Positions 10,736 to 25,684 of a DNA stretch of 64,000 nt are shown one piece after another (positions within the stretch are counted from its first letter, which is position 1; each line of letters begins with the position of its first letter). Source of the DNA: Anolis carolinensis (Eukaryota); NCBI RefSeq assembly GCF_035594765.1, contig NC_085843.1:72207971-72271970 (forward strand). The letters are read 5' to 3'. Under the pieces are notes generated by a model. It did no database searches, had not been told where the DNA came from, and was given only the letters and a program-made list of their open reading frames with translations. A program made the translations under genes and the position numbers.

Positions 10736-12199
10736 AAAGTTGCCCAAAGAGGTTCGATCACTTTTACAAGGGCTTTTAAAACTTTTTCAGCCTGCTAATG
10801 TCCTCTTTCGGCCTGAGAAATTTTTATGCGACTCCGGGTATATAGAATAGGTATAACGATCAGAAATTACTTATGATAAATCAGCATTAGCAAAACTTGC
10901 TTAACAGCCTGGTTTGCCTTTGTGGAGTACAGCTGAAGCGTTTTCTGCATTCCTATTGTTAACACATTTCTGTAAATGGATGGCCTTTAGAAGACTTGTA
11001 CTGTTGCTATTTTTTTGAGACACTAAGTTCAAGCGACCCCATTTGGTGTCAGAACTCATAGTTTTAAGATATAGTGACTTCTAGAATATTTGCCTTTTCT
11101 TAAGTGAGGCATGCAGTCTAGGCTGAGTATCCCTTACCTGAAATGCTTGGGACCAGAAGTGTTTAGGAACCCCCACCCTTCAATTTTGGAAAACTGGCAG
11201 TTCCTAAATTACAAACCTCTGACTGACAATGAACTCATACTTCAGAACGGGTTGAGACAACAGCAAGTGAGTGAAATCATCCCCAAGGAACGGAAATTAA
11301 CTCCTGAAAGAGTTATCATGGGGAAAAGGTGTCTCCACAGAAGCTTTAGCACCAATCCTTGTTTCTGTAACAAGTCAATTTTTTCAAAATCTGATTCTCA
11401 TCAAGACAGAAAGTGAGGTGAAATCTTCTGAACAGGGGCACAAACAGCAAAACAAACACCACAAGGGTGTTTGTTTACCCTTTCCTATGCTATCCAAAAC
11501 TTTTGTGTGTGTGGCTGGTGTTACACTTAAATTTTTTTTCCTGTTCTGAGTTACAAATATATTCAACTTAAGAACAAACCAACAGAACTTCGGGTCTGCC
11601 TGTAGATGTATTTGCATGTACTGTAGACGCTCAGTTAACTGACGACACCCATGGGGATTAGTAGGCACCAGAAAATGTAGTTAGTGACTGCTTGAGAAGT
11701 ACTATTAAAACTAGGCCTAACTAATACTATATCCCATGCCATACCAAACCTTGGTATTGACTTGTATTAATATTGAAATACAATAATTAAAAGCAAATTG
11801 AAATAAAGACATTAAATGTAACATTTATGCTAAAATTGATTTTATTAATTCAACAAAATGGTGGGATGCTCAACATTAATAGAAAAGTAATTTCAGTTCA
11901 TTGGTAATTTAAATAATTGAACAAGGTGAAATCTTGTTCAAATTTTGATTTGAAATGCAACAAAACTATCAGTTAAAAGCTGCAAACGTTATTAGAAGAG
12001 TGCTTGTAGTTTAAGTGGAATACACATCTGAGCCTACACTTTTGTCCTAAACCACTCAAATGGGAATCTGATTAAAGCACTTGCTCTTTCCTCTAAGTAC
12101 ACAGTTTGTGAATGAACAAAAATGGTTTCATTTTGTATATAATGGGTGGATAGATCATTTGTTCTTATTTTGCAGGCTACCTCTTGAAAAATTTCAGAC

Positions 12200-12276
12200 A
12201 TGACTAAAAGAGAAGCAGAAGAGCTAATAGAAATTGAAATAGATGGAACTGAGAAACAAGAGTGCACTGAAGAAAG
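12200..12276 (+). CDS. GABPA: GABPA exon 2 coding part (MTKREAEELIEIEIDGTEKQECTEE)
   Basis: Acceptor at 12175, ATG at 12200, donor at 12277. Matches the GABP-alpha N-terminus. Confidence 0.95.
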
Positions 12277-12569
12277 GTATATAGAAAATTTTTAAAATAA
12301 AGTTTGGAGAGAAGGAAACTCGCTTTGAAATAGTTTTAGATTAGGAAGAATGTTGGGATTTGGATTGTTGGCCGATAGGTGAATCATTTATCCTTTCTCT
12401 AGAGGGGCTCTATGTGTTTCTTTTCCACATTAGGGACTACAAGCTATTTTTACATTTGTTAAAATAAATTCAATTATATCGATACTACTCCAGAAATGCT
12501 TAAGGCTAAAACTTTTAACATTATCATTAAAATAATACAGTGGAAAACTTCTTTTCACTCTAATTTCAG

Positions 12570-12714
12570 CATTGTTGAGCAAACATATACCACGGTAGAA
12601 TTTGTGAGTCAGGCGATTGATATCAATGAGCCAGTTGGAAATCTTAAGAAACTACTGGAACCAAGACTTCAGTGTTCTTTGGAAGCACATGAAATCTGCC
12701 TGCAAGATATACAG
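12570..12714 (+). CDS. GABPA: GABPA exon 3 (OST domain)
   Basis: IVEQTY...FVSQAIDINEPVGNLKKLLEPRLQCSL...CLQDIQ, ag/gt bounded, 145 nt. Confidence 0.95.
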
Positions 12715-13382
12715 GTAAAGCAATACCTTTTTAGTGAATGAGAGTCATTTTAACTGTAGGTGGGGTTGAGTTATTGGTTCTTCTCTCTGTCCCACCATCC
12801 TCATAAACTAATCTTGTGGGAGCAAGGGAGAGGGTATTTCAAAGTTTATCTGAAATCACTTCCTAAGGAGGTCAAAGTTACCTTCCCTTTACTATCCTGT
12901 TTGCAAACAAAAACTTTTTATTGTGACAGATTTTGGAAAACATTTCTGATCTATATGATTTAAATAGTTATAATTCTATATATTTTCATGCTTTAGCATT
13001 TTGGGGTCATTTCTGTCTGTACTTGTTTTAATTGCTGTTAGCTGTCTTGACTTCCAGGGAAAAGGCAGAACATAAATGCATAAAATACATAAATGATAAA
13101 ATATAGTAAGAGTCCAGTGGTATATTACTCTTGGGTCTCACTCTTTCTTCTAGAATCAGCATCCTCCTTCCCCTTCTAAACTTTCTGTATACCCTAGATA
13201 CCTGCTCCAAAGGGCTGGGGAAATCTCTGGAACAAGTTTTTATCTGAACAGAAAGGTGGAACTGATGGGAAGGTGGAAGCACACCCTAATTCTTCTTATG
13301 TTGAATTACCGTGATATAATTTACTCTGTAGAGGTCACAAAATGTAAATGTTATAATGTTTTAACTAACAGTTATTTAAGTA

Positions 13383-13705
13383 CAGTAGAGTCTCACTTAT
13401 CCAAGCTAAACGGGCTGGCAGAAGCTTGGATAAGCAAATATCTTGGATAATAAGGAGGGATTAAGGAAAAGCCTATTAAACATTAAATTAGGTTATGATT
13501 TTACAAATTAAGCACCAACACATCATGTTTTACAACACATTTGACAGAAAAAGCAGTTCAATACGCAATAATGTTATGTTGTAATTACTGTATTTACGAA
13601 TTTAACACCAAAATATCACGATATATTGAAAACATTGACTACAAAAATGGCTTGGATAATCCAGAAACTTGGAGAAGCGAGGCTTGGATAAGTGAGACTC
13701 TACTG
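13383..13705. mobile_element. Mariner/Tigger-type MITE
   Basis: TIRs cagtagagtctcacttatccaag / cttggataagtgagactctactg flanked by TA on both sides. Confidence 0.9.
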
Positions 13706-13809
13706 TAGTTTGAAATCAAAGTATTGCTTTTAAAATGACATTTTTTTTTAAGTTTCCTAGTATCAATATTTAGAACAAACAGTTCTAAGTTTATTTTTAT
13801 GTTTTCAAG

Positions 13810-13894
13810 TTGGATCCAGATCGCAGTCTTTTTGATCAAGGTGTCAAAACAGATGGAACAGTGCAGCTTAGTGTCCAAGTAATATCGAGGCAAG
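13810..13894 (+). CDS. GABPA: GABPA exon 4
   Basis: LDPDRSLFDQGVKTDGTVQLSVQVISRQ, 85 nt, ag/gtaag. Confidence 0.95.
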
Positions 13895-14332
13895 GTAAGA
13901 AATCAGTCCGACAGATATTTAATGCTTCCTGTAAATAAATTCATGTATGTAGATTTATTACATACTGATAATTGAACAGCTTTTCGTTTATAAATCATTT
14001 TCTCACTGGATGTTTATGAGTACTTCAGCTTATTACTAAAAATAGTACACATGTAGTGCGAGGGAAACCTCATAATTATACATATGGTGAGGGGATCAAA
14101 TCAGAACTTGGCAAATTTAATTTCATTTAGCATTTTGAAGTTTTTGTAGTCATCTTCAGATGAAATATTGTTTGACACATAATTGTATCAGAATAATTGA
14201 AAACGTTTAAGTCAAAGCATGTTCAACATTGTTAGCATAGACAATTAGCTAGCATTTGTGATTTCCCTAGGAATTAAAAATATGTAATGTTCCAGAAATA
14301 TTTTAAAATTACACTATTTAGAATTCAATATA

Positions 14333-15877
<1,545 letters not shown>

Positions 15878-15937
15878 TGAATCTGACAAGAGTTCTGAAA
15901 TTGTTTTTTTAAAATTGTTATAGGCCATTGTCTAGGG

Positions 15938-16132
15938 CAGTGATGGCGAATCTTTTAGAGACGAAGTGTCAAAACCAGGGGTGAGGGCTTTTGGGCGAGC
16001 AAGCAGTGGGCGAGCAGAGGACAGGTGAGCAGGGGGAGGGATGGGAAGCGATGGTGTGTCATGACTCGCATACTAGGAGAAAGGGCTCCATATTCCCCTT
16101 GTGGCACATGTGCCATTGGTTCGCCACCACTG
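15938..16132. mobile_element. Non-autonomous hAT element
   Basis: TIRs cagtgatggcgaa / ttcgccaccactg, 8-bp TSD gtctaggg/gtctaagg. Confidence 0.8.
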
Positions 16133-17539
16133 GTCTAAGGTAAAAGCATTCAGCTTTATAAAGATTTTATCCACCCTCCTATATTGTTAAAAGTAGCATA
16201 AGGCTGTCTTTGGCAATATTCTATTTATTTATATTAAGAATTTTCAATTTATTTAACAACAAAAAAGAATAAAAGGGAAAGCAGGAAAGGAAAAAGTGGA
16301 GTCCTTGTTAGTAGATTACATCATAATAATGTTAAATATGTTGCAAAATAAGAGGGAAGAAGTTAAAGAAAAGGAGGAAAGGCAATTATCAATGTACAAA
16401 GCTTTCTTAATGTCCTTATTACAATGGAAAAATTCTTTTTAATTAAAGCATTTTTTCTTTCTTAATACATCTGTTTCTTCATATCCATCTCAAGGACTAT
16501 GTAAAATACCAAAAAATTTCCATGTATCTACTATAGTAAAAGGAGAAGAGATGTTGCCACCATATATTAAGTCTAATGCCATATCTCACAATCTTCTAGT
16601 CTCTTCTTCCAGTTCCTCTTCATTAAGAGTTTATATTCATTATTATTATTATTATAAAACATAGCTTTATATTTGTTTAAGTAAAATTCAATAATAACTA
16701 TCCGTTAAATTTGTCTCTAATAATTATATTCTATATGTATTCAATTATTTATTTATTTTGAATCCTTTATATCATGTTAGTAATTACATAGTAAATATAA
16801 AAAAACAATTTAATCTGTTAGTAAATTAGTATTGAGTAGGATAAAATGTAATAAATTTAAGTATCTTCATTTCTTCATTTTCCAACAGGAAAAAATTATT
16901 GATATTATAACAAAAAATTGGAGAATTGGAGTGGCAAAAATGTAGTAACACAAATTGTAGATTATCTTACTAAATCTTTACTGTACTGCAGCATTCAGTG
17001 TCCCTAATTTTTTTCTATGGAGTACTCTAGTACTGTATTGAGATAAAAAAATCCTCTGCTGTGTGGAAGCAAACCATGATACAATGAAACAGATGTGATG
17101 TTTAGATTTAGGTTAAGTCCATTTGCAGAAATTCAAATTTCTTCTTTTGAAGCACATTGAAATTCATTGCGATCAGGTTTGGGAATTTTATTTGTTTTTA
17201 CTTTGTCTTTCACAAAGACTTATTTGAATATGAGGTATATTCAAGCTCTATTGGAATTCTCATTGAGGCTTAGAAAATACTGGCCAATTCACATAGTATC
17301 TGTTTATTCTATTCCATGAAGGTGCTTTTACACACACACACCTGGCAAAAAAGTCTCCACTGTTTTAAAGTGTTATGATCACCCAAAATGAAAATTGTAA
17401 TCTAAGAAAAATGTTACGTTGCTCTCCCTACTCTGTGTTGAAAAGTAGCTTAGGTATTAAATAATTTTTCTATTTTAGTTATTTAAATTGAAGTAAATTA
17501 GACTCCAATCGCTTATTAAGTTTTTAAAAATAAATTAGT

Positions 17540-17945
17540 GGTAATAATAATAATAATAATACTTTATTTATATCCCGCATATATCTCCATGGGCACTCAG
17601 GACAGCTAACAACATAAAAAGGCAAACATTCAGTGCCGTCAAAATACATACATAAATTAATAAAACATATAAAACAGTATCGCATTCAGTAATATAAATA
17701 CACCATAATAAGACAGTAAAACATTAAACAATACACATAAAGATAAAAGCCATGACCCTATTCCATTTCTTGTTTCTTAGGCCAAGCTTAACTATTTGCC
17801 TCTCTGTATGCTTGGGTGTATAGGAAATTTTTTAATTGCTTTTTGAAAGAGGGCAGCGAATGAACCATTCTGATTTCTTTTGGGAGGGAGTTCCAGAGAC
17901 AGGGGGAAACTGCAGAGAAGGCCCTCTCTCTCACCCCACCAGCCG
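17540..17945 (-). mobile_element. L2 LINE 3' fragment
   Basis: Minus ORF GVRERAFSAVSPCLWNSLPKEIR...FKKQLK matches the L2 ORF2 end. (TAT)n tail. Confidence 0.75.
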
Positions 17946-18127
17946 GGTTTGAGACGGAGGTAGTTTCCTTTTTAGATTTTTTAAAAAATATTTTCAAACC
18001 ATGGATGGTTTGTATCTGTGGATAAAGAGAGCAGACACCGAATGTAGAGAGAACTGCGGAAGAATGGTTTAGTTTCTATAAATTATTTTTTAAAAGTTGT
18101 TCATTTATTTATGCTTTCTTTGTACAG

Positions 18128-18373
18128 GAATAGAACCAAAGTTAAACATCCTTGAAATTGTAAAGCCAGTCGAGACAGTTGAGGTGGTGATTGACCCAGA
18201 TGCCCACCATACTGAGACTGAGGCACATCTTGTTGAAGAAGCTCAAGTGATAACACTAGATGGGACGAAACATATAACCACCATATCTGATGAAACATCT
18301 GAACAAGTAACCCGGTGGGCGGCAGCATTAGAAGGCTATCGTAAAGAACAGGAGCGCTTAGGAATACCATATG
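18128..18373 (+). CDS. GABPA: GABPA exon 5
   Basis: IEPKLNILEIVKP...EQVTRWAAALEGYRKEQERLGIPY, 246 nt, ag/gt. Confidence 0.95.
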
Positions 18374-18536
18374 GTACGAAGTGATGTATAGTTTTGATCT
18401 GTCTAATCCTTAGGTTTTGTAAATGATTATCATAAAAACAATGATACATACGTACATTCTGTTTCAGTTGTAAATGTTTCAACTGTATGAATTCAGCATT
18501 GATGCCTCATAAGTGAGAGATGCAAAGCCATCTATA

Positions 18537-18750
18537 GGTAAAGGTAAAGGTTTCCCCCTGACATTAAGTTACCTTCCCGCCAGAGCAGTACCTATTTCTC
18601 TACTCATATTTGCATGTTTTCGAACTGGTTGGCAAAAGCTGGGGCTAACAGCAGGAGCTCACCCCGCTCCTCACATTCGAATCACTGACTTTTTGATCAG
18701 TAAATTCATCGGTTCAGCCGCTTAACCTGCTGCTTCACTGGGGGCCCCAA
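18537..18750 (-). mobile_element. Sauria-SINE-like element, internally deleted
   Basis: (ACCTTT)n tail seen as ggtaaaggtaaagg, with the tRNA-like head at the other end. Confidence 0.65.
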
Positions 18751-19673
18751 AACCATCTATACTAAGGTTTATATTTACTTTTGGAAGACCTTGGTGCATT
18801 TGAATGTGTCACCTGGGGGGGGGATATTGCATCCTGATTATTTTCAAATAGGCTTTCAGAGAACTGTTTCATGATTTGAAATATTGGATATCAGTTTGTA
18901 TAGGCTTTGGGGATAATTTTAGTCACATTCCGGGTCTTGCTAATTCAAGATTTGATACCAGGCAGTTTCACATTGATTAATTATATCAAATATTACTTCA
19001 GAAAATATGGGACATTTTAGTATATGAAAAAGTGAATATTTTGCATACAGAAGGTTTCAGATTGAACCCCCAGCATCTGCTAAAGAAGCATTCTGAGTAG
19101 AATTATTGAAAAAGAAAAGAATTGTTGGATTAACTGGAGGTTTGGTTCAGATGTAACATATATAATAAAACGTGTAGAAATGAGCCTTGCACTAAATATC
19201 CTTTTGTTCATGTCCAAGTTGTGTAATTTTAAACTTTTGTTAGTTTTTTTGAACAAGCTTTCATCTGCATTTGGTTTGTTCTATCCAAAGTTGATTTCAA
19301 TGAATCAAAATCAGATAGTGATTTCAGATCCATGTGTATTGATTTATCATTGCCATAAAAACCACATATTCCCATATTTATAGTTAACAAGAAATAGATT
19401 TGTTCAAATTACACCAGGGAGCTCAAATCCTTTCATTTTTCCATAGTAGGGGAGATAGCCTTTGGAAGCATGGACTTACCTACATTACAACAAACCATGA
19501 TTTATTGTTATTTCTGAATGTGGCTAATATAGTACAGTTTCATAAGCTAACATGTTCTGCTTAACAGTACAATTGTGAGTTATGAAGAAGAGACTGCATA
19601 AAAATAATTACCTGCCCACTTTGCAGTAGATCCATTGGATTTGTACTTTGTCAACAGAAGCTTACATTCTGTT

Positions 19674-19809
19674 CCAGTAGTTCTCAATCTGTGGGTGCCC
19701 AGGTGTTTTGGCCTACAACTCCCAGGAATCCCAGCCAGTTTACCAGCTGTTAGGATTTCAGGGAGTTGAAGGCCAAAACATGTGGAGACCCACAGGTTGA
19801 ACACCATTG
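19674..19809. mobile_element. hAT-type MITE
   Basis: Same family as 7560 and 46428. 8-bp TSD ttctgttc/ttctattc. Confidence 0.8.
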
Positions 19810-20206
19810 TTCTATTCCATCTTCTTGTAGCCTACTATGCAGCCTTGAAATTTGTTCTGAAGGATACCCACTTGCCTGTAGCAAATTTTGGAGAGCTGCA
19901 TTAGCGGGATGGTGATTCTCTTCTTCTGGAAGATATTGTTGGATCTTTTAAGACAGTTAATCCTGATAAAGCAGCTTTCCTAAAATAATATTACTAAAGC
20001 TATGGGTACATATGAAAGAAACTGTATTTTAGATCATTATAATAGGTGATATATCACAATTCCTTTCATTCATTAATGTGCTTGATCTACCTGATATTGC
20101 TGTAAGTTGGGTTGTTATAATGTCTTATGTTACTATAAGGAAGTGTTTTGTGGAATCAATGGTGTAACATTTTAAAAATACTCAGAATACCTCTTTACTT
20201 TTTTAG

Positions 20207-20401
20207 ACCCAGTACAGTGGTCCACTGATCAGGTACTACACTGGGTAGTATGGGTGATGAAGGAATTCAGCATGACTGACATAGACCTCAATACTCTTAG
20301 TATTCCTGGGAGAGAATTGTGCAGCCTCAGTCAAGAGGACTTCTTTCAGAGAGTCCCTCGGGGAGAAATCCTTTGGAGCCACCTTGAACTTCTTCGAAAA
20401 T
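20207..20401 (+). CDS. GABPA: GABPA exon 6 (Pointed/SAM domain)
   Basis: DPVQWSTDQVLHWVVWVMKEFSMTDIDL...GEILWSHLELLRK, 195 nt. Confidence 0.95.
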
Positions 20402-20714
20402 GTATGTGAGTTTTTTTCACCAAGTATTTGTATTATGACTATCCTAATTATCAAGCAATTTATGTAGGCACAGAATATGGCCTATAATGATACACCAGTT
20501 TAAGACAGTTTATGTACAAAGTCGTTCAACATAATTCCTCATCTCCCCTTCTATCCTCCTTGCATGATATTTATACTGCTTTGTTTCTAATATTAATGTT
20601 ATCTTCAAAATGATAGTTTTGTTCATTCTTATCTTATATTGTCAGTAAAGATGTCTCTCTAGTTTAGCCATGGAATTCATTTGAATAAGTGGTATACTTG
20701 TTGTATCTTTGCAG

Positions 20715-20771
20715 ATGTGTTGGCTAGTCAAGAACATTCTGGAGAAATAGCAACAGTTACTATTGATCAAC
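20715..20771 (+). CDS. GABPA: GABPA exon 7
   Basis: YVLASQEHSGEIATVTIDQ, 57 nt, cag/gtaag. Confidence 0.92.
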
Positions 20772-20917
20772 GTAAGTTGTAGTTCTATTTTTAAAAAACC
20801 AAATAATACAAGTTTTCCACCTATTTTCAACTTGGAGAGACATTAGGGTTTCATAACTAACTACAGTTTTGAAGTTCATGAGCTGTTCCACTTACACTGT
20901 GCTTTCTGCTGAGCATA

Positions 20918-21552
20918 AAACAGCTCCACTGGCTGCCTGTCCCAATTCAAGGTGCAGGTCATGACCTATAAAGCTCTATACGGCTCAGGACCAACCTGTC
21001 TCCATGATCGCATCTCCTATGAACCGGCGCGAGCCTTAAGATCTTTCGGAGAGGCCCTCCTCTCGCTCCCGCCACCGTCTCAGGCAGAGTTGGGGATGAG
21101 GGAGAGGGCCTTCTCGATGGTGGCCCTCCGGCTCTGGAATGCCCTTCCTAGAGAGATTAGGCAAGCCTCCACTCTAAAGAGCTGAAAACCTGGTGGTTTA
21201 AGCAGATTTTTGAATAGAGCTCCTTAGATCCTTCAGCTATGCCTTTGTTTAGCTGTTATCTACCCTTACTCACCTGTATTGGAATACCTGGCACAATTAG
21301 CACTTTATAGTTGGCCATTTTAACGTTAAATCCTGGCCACTGTACTCCGATTCATTGATGGATTTTTGTTATTAGGCTTTAAATGGTGGGTTATGTGTTT
21401 TATGATTATCTGTTTATGCACATTGATGTGTCTAATGTTTTAATTGTTGTATTTTAACTAACTGTATGTTTTTAATATGTTGGAAACCACTCTGAGTCCC
21501 TTGAGGAGATAGGGCAGTATATAAATAAAGTTTTATTATATTATTATTTATT
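20918..21552 (+). mobile_element. L2 LINE 3' fragment with 3'UTR
   Basis: QLHWLPV...QVMTYKALYGSGP...RAFSMVALRLWNALPREIR, ending in a ctgagtccc...aataaa (TAT)n tail. Confidence 0.8.
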
Positions 21553-22247
21553 ATAATTGAGATTTGGGACATCTGGGACTCTCATTGTTAGGCCTTATGA
21601 GTAACCTAGATGGAGTGGGCAACTTTAAAAGTTTGGAAACCAATACATCCACCCTTTTTAAGAGTGCTACATCAGTGTGCTATCAACCTGTACCTATGAT
21701 ACTCTGATCTTTGTTTTGTCGTGTTTTGCATTCGATTTGACATTCACATCTCCTAGGGGCCTCTTTTAAGCTTTAGGAGCCAAAATTGCAGTGAAGGGGC
21801 TAACTACACACCCTAGAGATTGTAATTGGCCCTTTCAAAAGTAAAACCAGTAGAGGTCTTGAGATATATATATGCAGCCCACATGCTTTGCTTCTTCTGA
21901 TCTCGATGTCTGATAGTCTGTGTTTCACATTTTTTACGCTTCATAGCCCTGGTTTCTGGGTTCACAAAATATTTCATCTCCAGTATTATTAAATGTATTA
22001 ATTTTATTTTATGCACACATTGCAAAGGTTTTTGAAACAGAGTTCATAGTTCAAATTCACCAGTATCATATTAGTAATAGATTATAACATATTACCTGTG
22101 TTTACAGGAGCACATTGTAATGTATTTACGTCAGATATTTGTTATACTTCGAAAGGTTCATCTGCATTATAGTCTGGAATAGCAATTCCTTCATGTGCTT
22201 CTTTCATACATTTGTAATTTTATTGTCTAATGCTTTTATCTCTGCAG

Positions 22248-22388
22248 CTGTGCAGATTATACCAGCTTCTGTACAGCCTTCTACTCCAACCACCATTAAA
22301 GTCATAAACAGTAATGCAAAAGCAGCAAAAGTGCAGAGAGCACCAAGGATTTCAGGAGAAGATAGAAGTTCACCTGGTAACAGAACAG
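22248..22388 (+). CDS. GABPA: GABPA exon 8
   Basis: VQIIPASVQPSTPTTIKVINSNAKAAKVQRAPRISGEDRSSPGNRT, 141 nt. Confidence 0.95.
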
Positions 22389-23079
22389 GTATTTTTTTTA
22401 AACAGATTATAAATATATACATGGCAAATATACTAATCTGTAGGATTAATTATAAAATCCATGAGGTCCAGTTTTATTTAGAAGTGATAACATTTATTTT
22501 TCACAGATGACATAAAGAAATAGGACTTGAAGGGTAAATGATATCTCTAGTTATTGTGCTGGTTTTGGTATAGGCATCTCTGTGGGGGCACTACAGTAGA
22601 GACTGCATTTTTAATATAAGGAGAAGAATTCAGAATGATTTTTATTGGAAGATTTCACCTCAATGTTCCCCATGCTCAGTCCATGGACTCTGGATTCTTT
22701 GATTCAACCAAATGTGGACATTAAAAAAACATATTTTCATTTTAAACCCCAAATATAGTTAAAAAAAACAAACAAAAACAAACAAAAACAAAAAACCCAA
22801 AATGAAGTGCGAGTTATTTTATTTTATGTCAGTTTTTTGAAGTATTTTTTTCTGTCAGAACTTCAAAATCATTTTAATTCTCTTGGTCTTAGTAGTAGTC
22901 ATTAAAAAGAGGTCATGATAAATTATTTAGCAAGAGATTTTTCAGAGTCTCTAACTGAATCCAGGCTTTGAAGCAGTGACCATAAGCCTATGTACTCAAA
23001 TGTATGTCCTGTTGGACTTCCCAGGGAGCATGTTTGTATATGAATACAAGTTTCTATTTCCAATGAGGCAGCAAAGTAG

Positions 23080-23747
23080 GAAGGTGTCTAAAGAAGTCAA
23101 GATGGATGTATAAAGAATTTTCAGATAAGCTGAGATAGAAGTGAAGGAAAGTGCAAATACTCAAAAGAGAATATGAATAAATAACCCATGGAAAAGAAAT
23201 CAGACAAGCTACAGTTGAGAATGATATCAGGCTTGCTATAGAGGTTAAAATAATAAGGGGGAAAGGTGGTAGTAGTGGGAGGTTTGGCTGTGTTTGGAGC
23301 AAGAGCAGGAATAAGGAAAGGGTGGGCCCACTAGATAGAGAACATGGTGATAGGCTAATGGGGGATGAGAAGAAGGCCAATATTTAATGTATTCTTTGTC
23401 TCAGTCTTCTACTGAAAGGAAAACTGTTCCAAGTAGTGAAAATAGGACAAATGGTTCATTAAGGGGACAACAGCCATGAATAGTTAAATACGTAATAAAG
23501 GACTGTCTAGCTATTCTTAGTGAATTCAGTTGTCCAGGGCCTAATGAACTGTATCCAAAATTAACAGAGAGACTTGCAGATGTAATCTTGGATACATTGT
23601 CAATTACCTTTGAGAATTCTTGGGGATCAGGAGAGCTCCCAGCAGATAGAGGAATGCAAATAACCCCCTTTTCAAAAATGGCAAAAAGAGGATCTAAGCA
23701 ACTACTTAATCGGTCACTTTGAATCAATACCAGGAAAGGCTCTAGAA
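23080..23747 (+). mobile_element. Old degraded CR1 ORF2 fragment
   Basis: Remnants of PGP.ELYP, FENSW..GELPAD, FSKMAKRGS and NYxxVTLxSIPGK motifs. Confidence 0.6.
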
Positions 23748-23882
23748 GAGGCTCCACAATTTGTGGCCTTCCAAGTGTTTTGGACTTCAGTTCCCAGAAT
23801 TCCTAACCATTGGAACAGATGACTAGGGCTACTGGGATTTGGAGGCCAAAACATCTGGAGGGCCACACATTGTGCAGGTCTA
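23748..23882. mobile_element. hAT-type MITE inserted in the CR1 fragment
   Basis: Perfect 8-bp TSD ctctagaa and palindromic interior. Confidence 0.75.
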
Positions 23883-24207
23883 CTCTAGAACAAATAGTTG
23901 AGAGTATTCCTGCATTGCAGGAGGTTTAGATAGCCCATAGTTGTAAGATTCTATGAAGGGTTTTCTAGTTAATTGCAAATTTAAAAGTTTTGAAAGTGAT
24001 AGCACTAACTACTTGATATGGAACAGATATCTACATTGTATTTTTAAAAATGTAATTTCCAAACATTAACACACCAGCAGTATTGATTACACATTATGTG
24101 AGGTAGATTTTTTGACACTATCTGCTTCATGTGTTATTGCGACCAAATGAAATGTCATTAAAATGAAAGCTTTTAAATTAGTGGACATTTTAGCAAGCTA
24201 GATATTA

Positions 24208-24660
24208 AGCATTTATTTATTTACAGTATTTATATTCCGCCCTTCTCACCCCGAAGGGGACTCAGGGCAGATCACATTATACACATATAGAGCAAACATT
24301 CAATGCCCATAACACATCAAACAGAGACAGAGACAAACAGACACAGAGGCAATTTAACCTTCTCCTGAGGGGATGTTCGATCCTGGCCACAGGGGGGAGC
24401 AGCTGCTTCATCATCCACTCTGACGGCACTTCCTCATTCCAAGTCGTAAATTAGTTAAACTTGCCTCCCCACTTTTATAAGTGGTACCTTATTTCCTACT
24501 TGATAGATGCAACTATCTTTCGGGTTGCTAGGTCAGCAACGAGCAGGGGCTATTTTTTATTTTTAATTGACGGGTGCTCACCCCGCCACGGGCTGGCCTC
24601 AAACTCATGACCTCATGGTCAGAGTGATTTATTGCAGCAGGCAGCTCAACAGCCTGGCCC
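24208..24660 (-). mobile_element. tRNA-derived SINE with L2-like tail
   Basis: Head and tail shared with copies at 47393 and 53668. Tail ctgagtccccttcggggtgagaagggcgg...(TAAA)n. Confidence 0.75.
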
Positions 24661-24915
24661 CATGATATTTGGCATATTTTATACTTCTAACCCAAAGAGT
24701 TTAAATCGCTAAAAGTTGCTTGCTTTTGAATGTTACTTGGTCCTAATAAACATTTGTATTTCTCTCTCTCTCTGCACACACATGCATGGTAACAGGCTAA
24801 CACAGCTATCTCCTTCTATACAATATTCTTGCCTTATTAAATTTCTGCATATTAAATCTATAGTTAGATAAAATACTAAATATATTTTGAGTTCTAATTA
24901 CTTCTATCTCAATAG

Positions 24916-25108
24916 GAAATAATGGCCAGATCCAGCTATGGCAGTTCTTGCTTGAGCTTCTGACTGACAAAGATGCTCGAGATTGCATTTCATGGGTTGG
25001 TGATGAAGGAGAATTCAAACTAAATCAACCGGAGTTGGTTGCACAGAAATGGGGTCAACGTAAAAATAAGCCTACCATGAACTATGAGAAACTTAGTCGA
25101 GCTTTACG
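24916..25108 (+). CDS. GABPA: GABPA exon 9 (ETS domain, N-terminal part)
   Basis: [63 protein letters not shown], 193 nt, ends CG|gtaagt (phase 2). Confidence 0.97.
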
Positions 25109-25684
25109 GTAAGTCAAGAGCATGTTAATTTTTTATTTAAATAAATAATTATTTGAAATGGTTTAGGGGAGGAGCCCCATGGGAACTAGTCTTTCAGCAG
25201 AGGTAATGGCGTGTCCCTTCTTTCCCATCTAATGTTTTTTCACCTGAATGAATAACCACTGCCTGGAGAAAGTGAAGGAGGGCAGCTAGTTTTTCAGCTA
25301 ATAATTGATGGATTGGCCCTGTTTCCTCTCCTGTTGGGATGACTACTGTCAGATGACAGTGCAAAAACTGCTTGTGGGGATCAGATTAGTTTTCATCTAG
25401 TTCATCATCTTCTTTTGGCAGCAGTCGCATCGGCCTGCAAAGTTTCACAAGCAGAGCATGAAACTGCTAGCTCTTTCATTGTTTATCCCCCAACATATGG
25501 TTGCATTTGTACAAAGTCTTTATGTAGAGGTGATATAATTCCTGTATATTTACCAGAATTTAGGAGAAGTCGTATCTTCTCCTAAATGTATAGTCAGTTA
25601 AAGAGTGTTACTTAAACAAATTCACTCAGTTGAACTCGCTTAAATATATGAAAGCCATTTAAATGTGAAATATACCTGACATAC

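Noticed and set aside
16200-17300. Very AT-rich tract that may be a decayed antisense L1
   Set aside because: No motif could be read with enough confidence to annotate.
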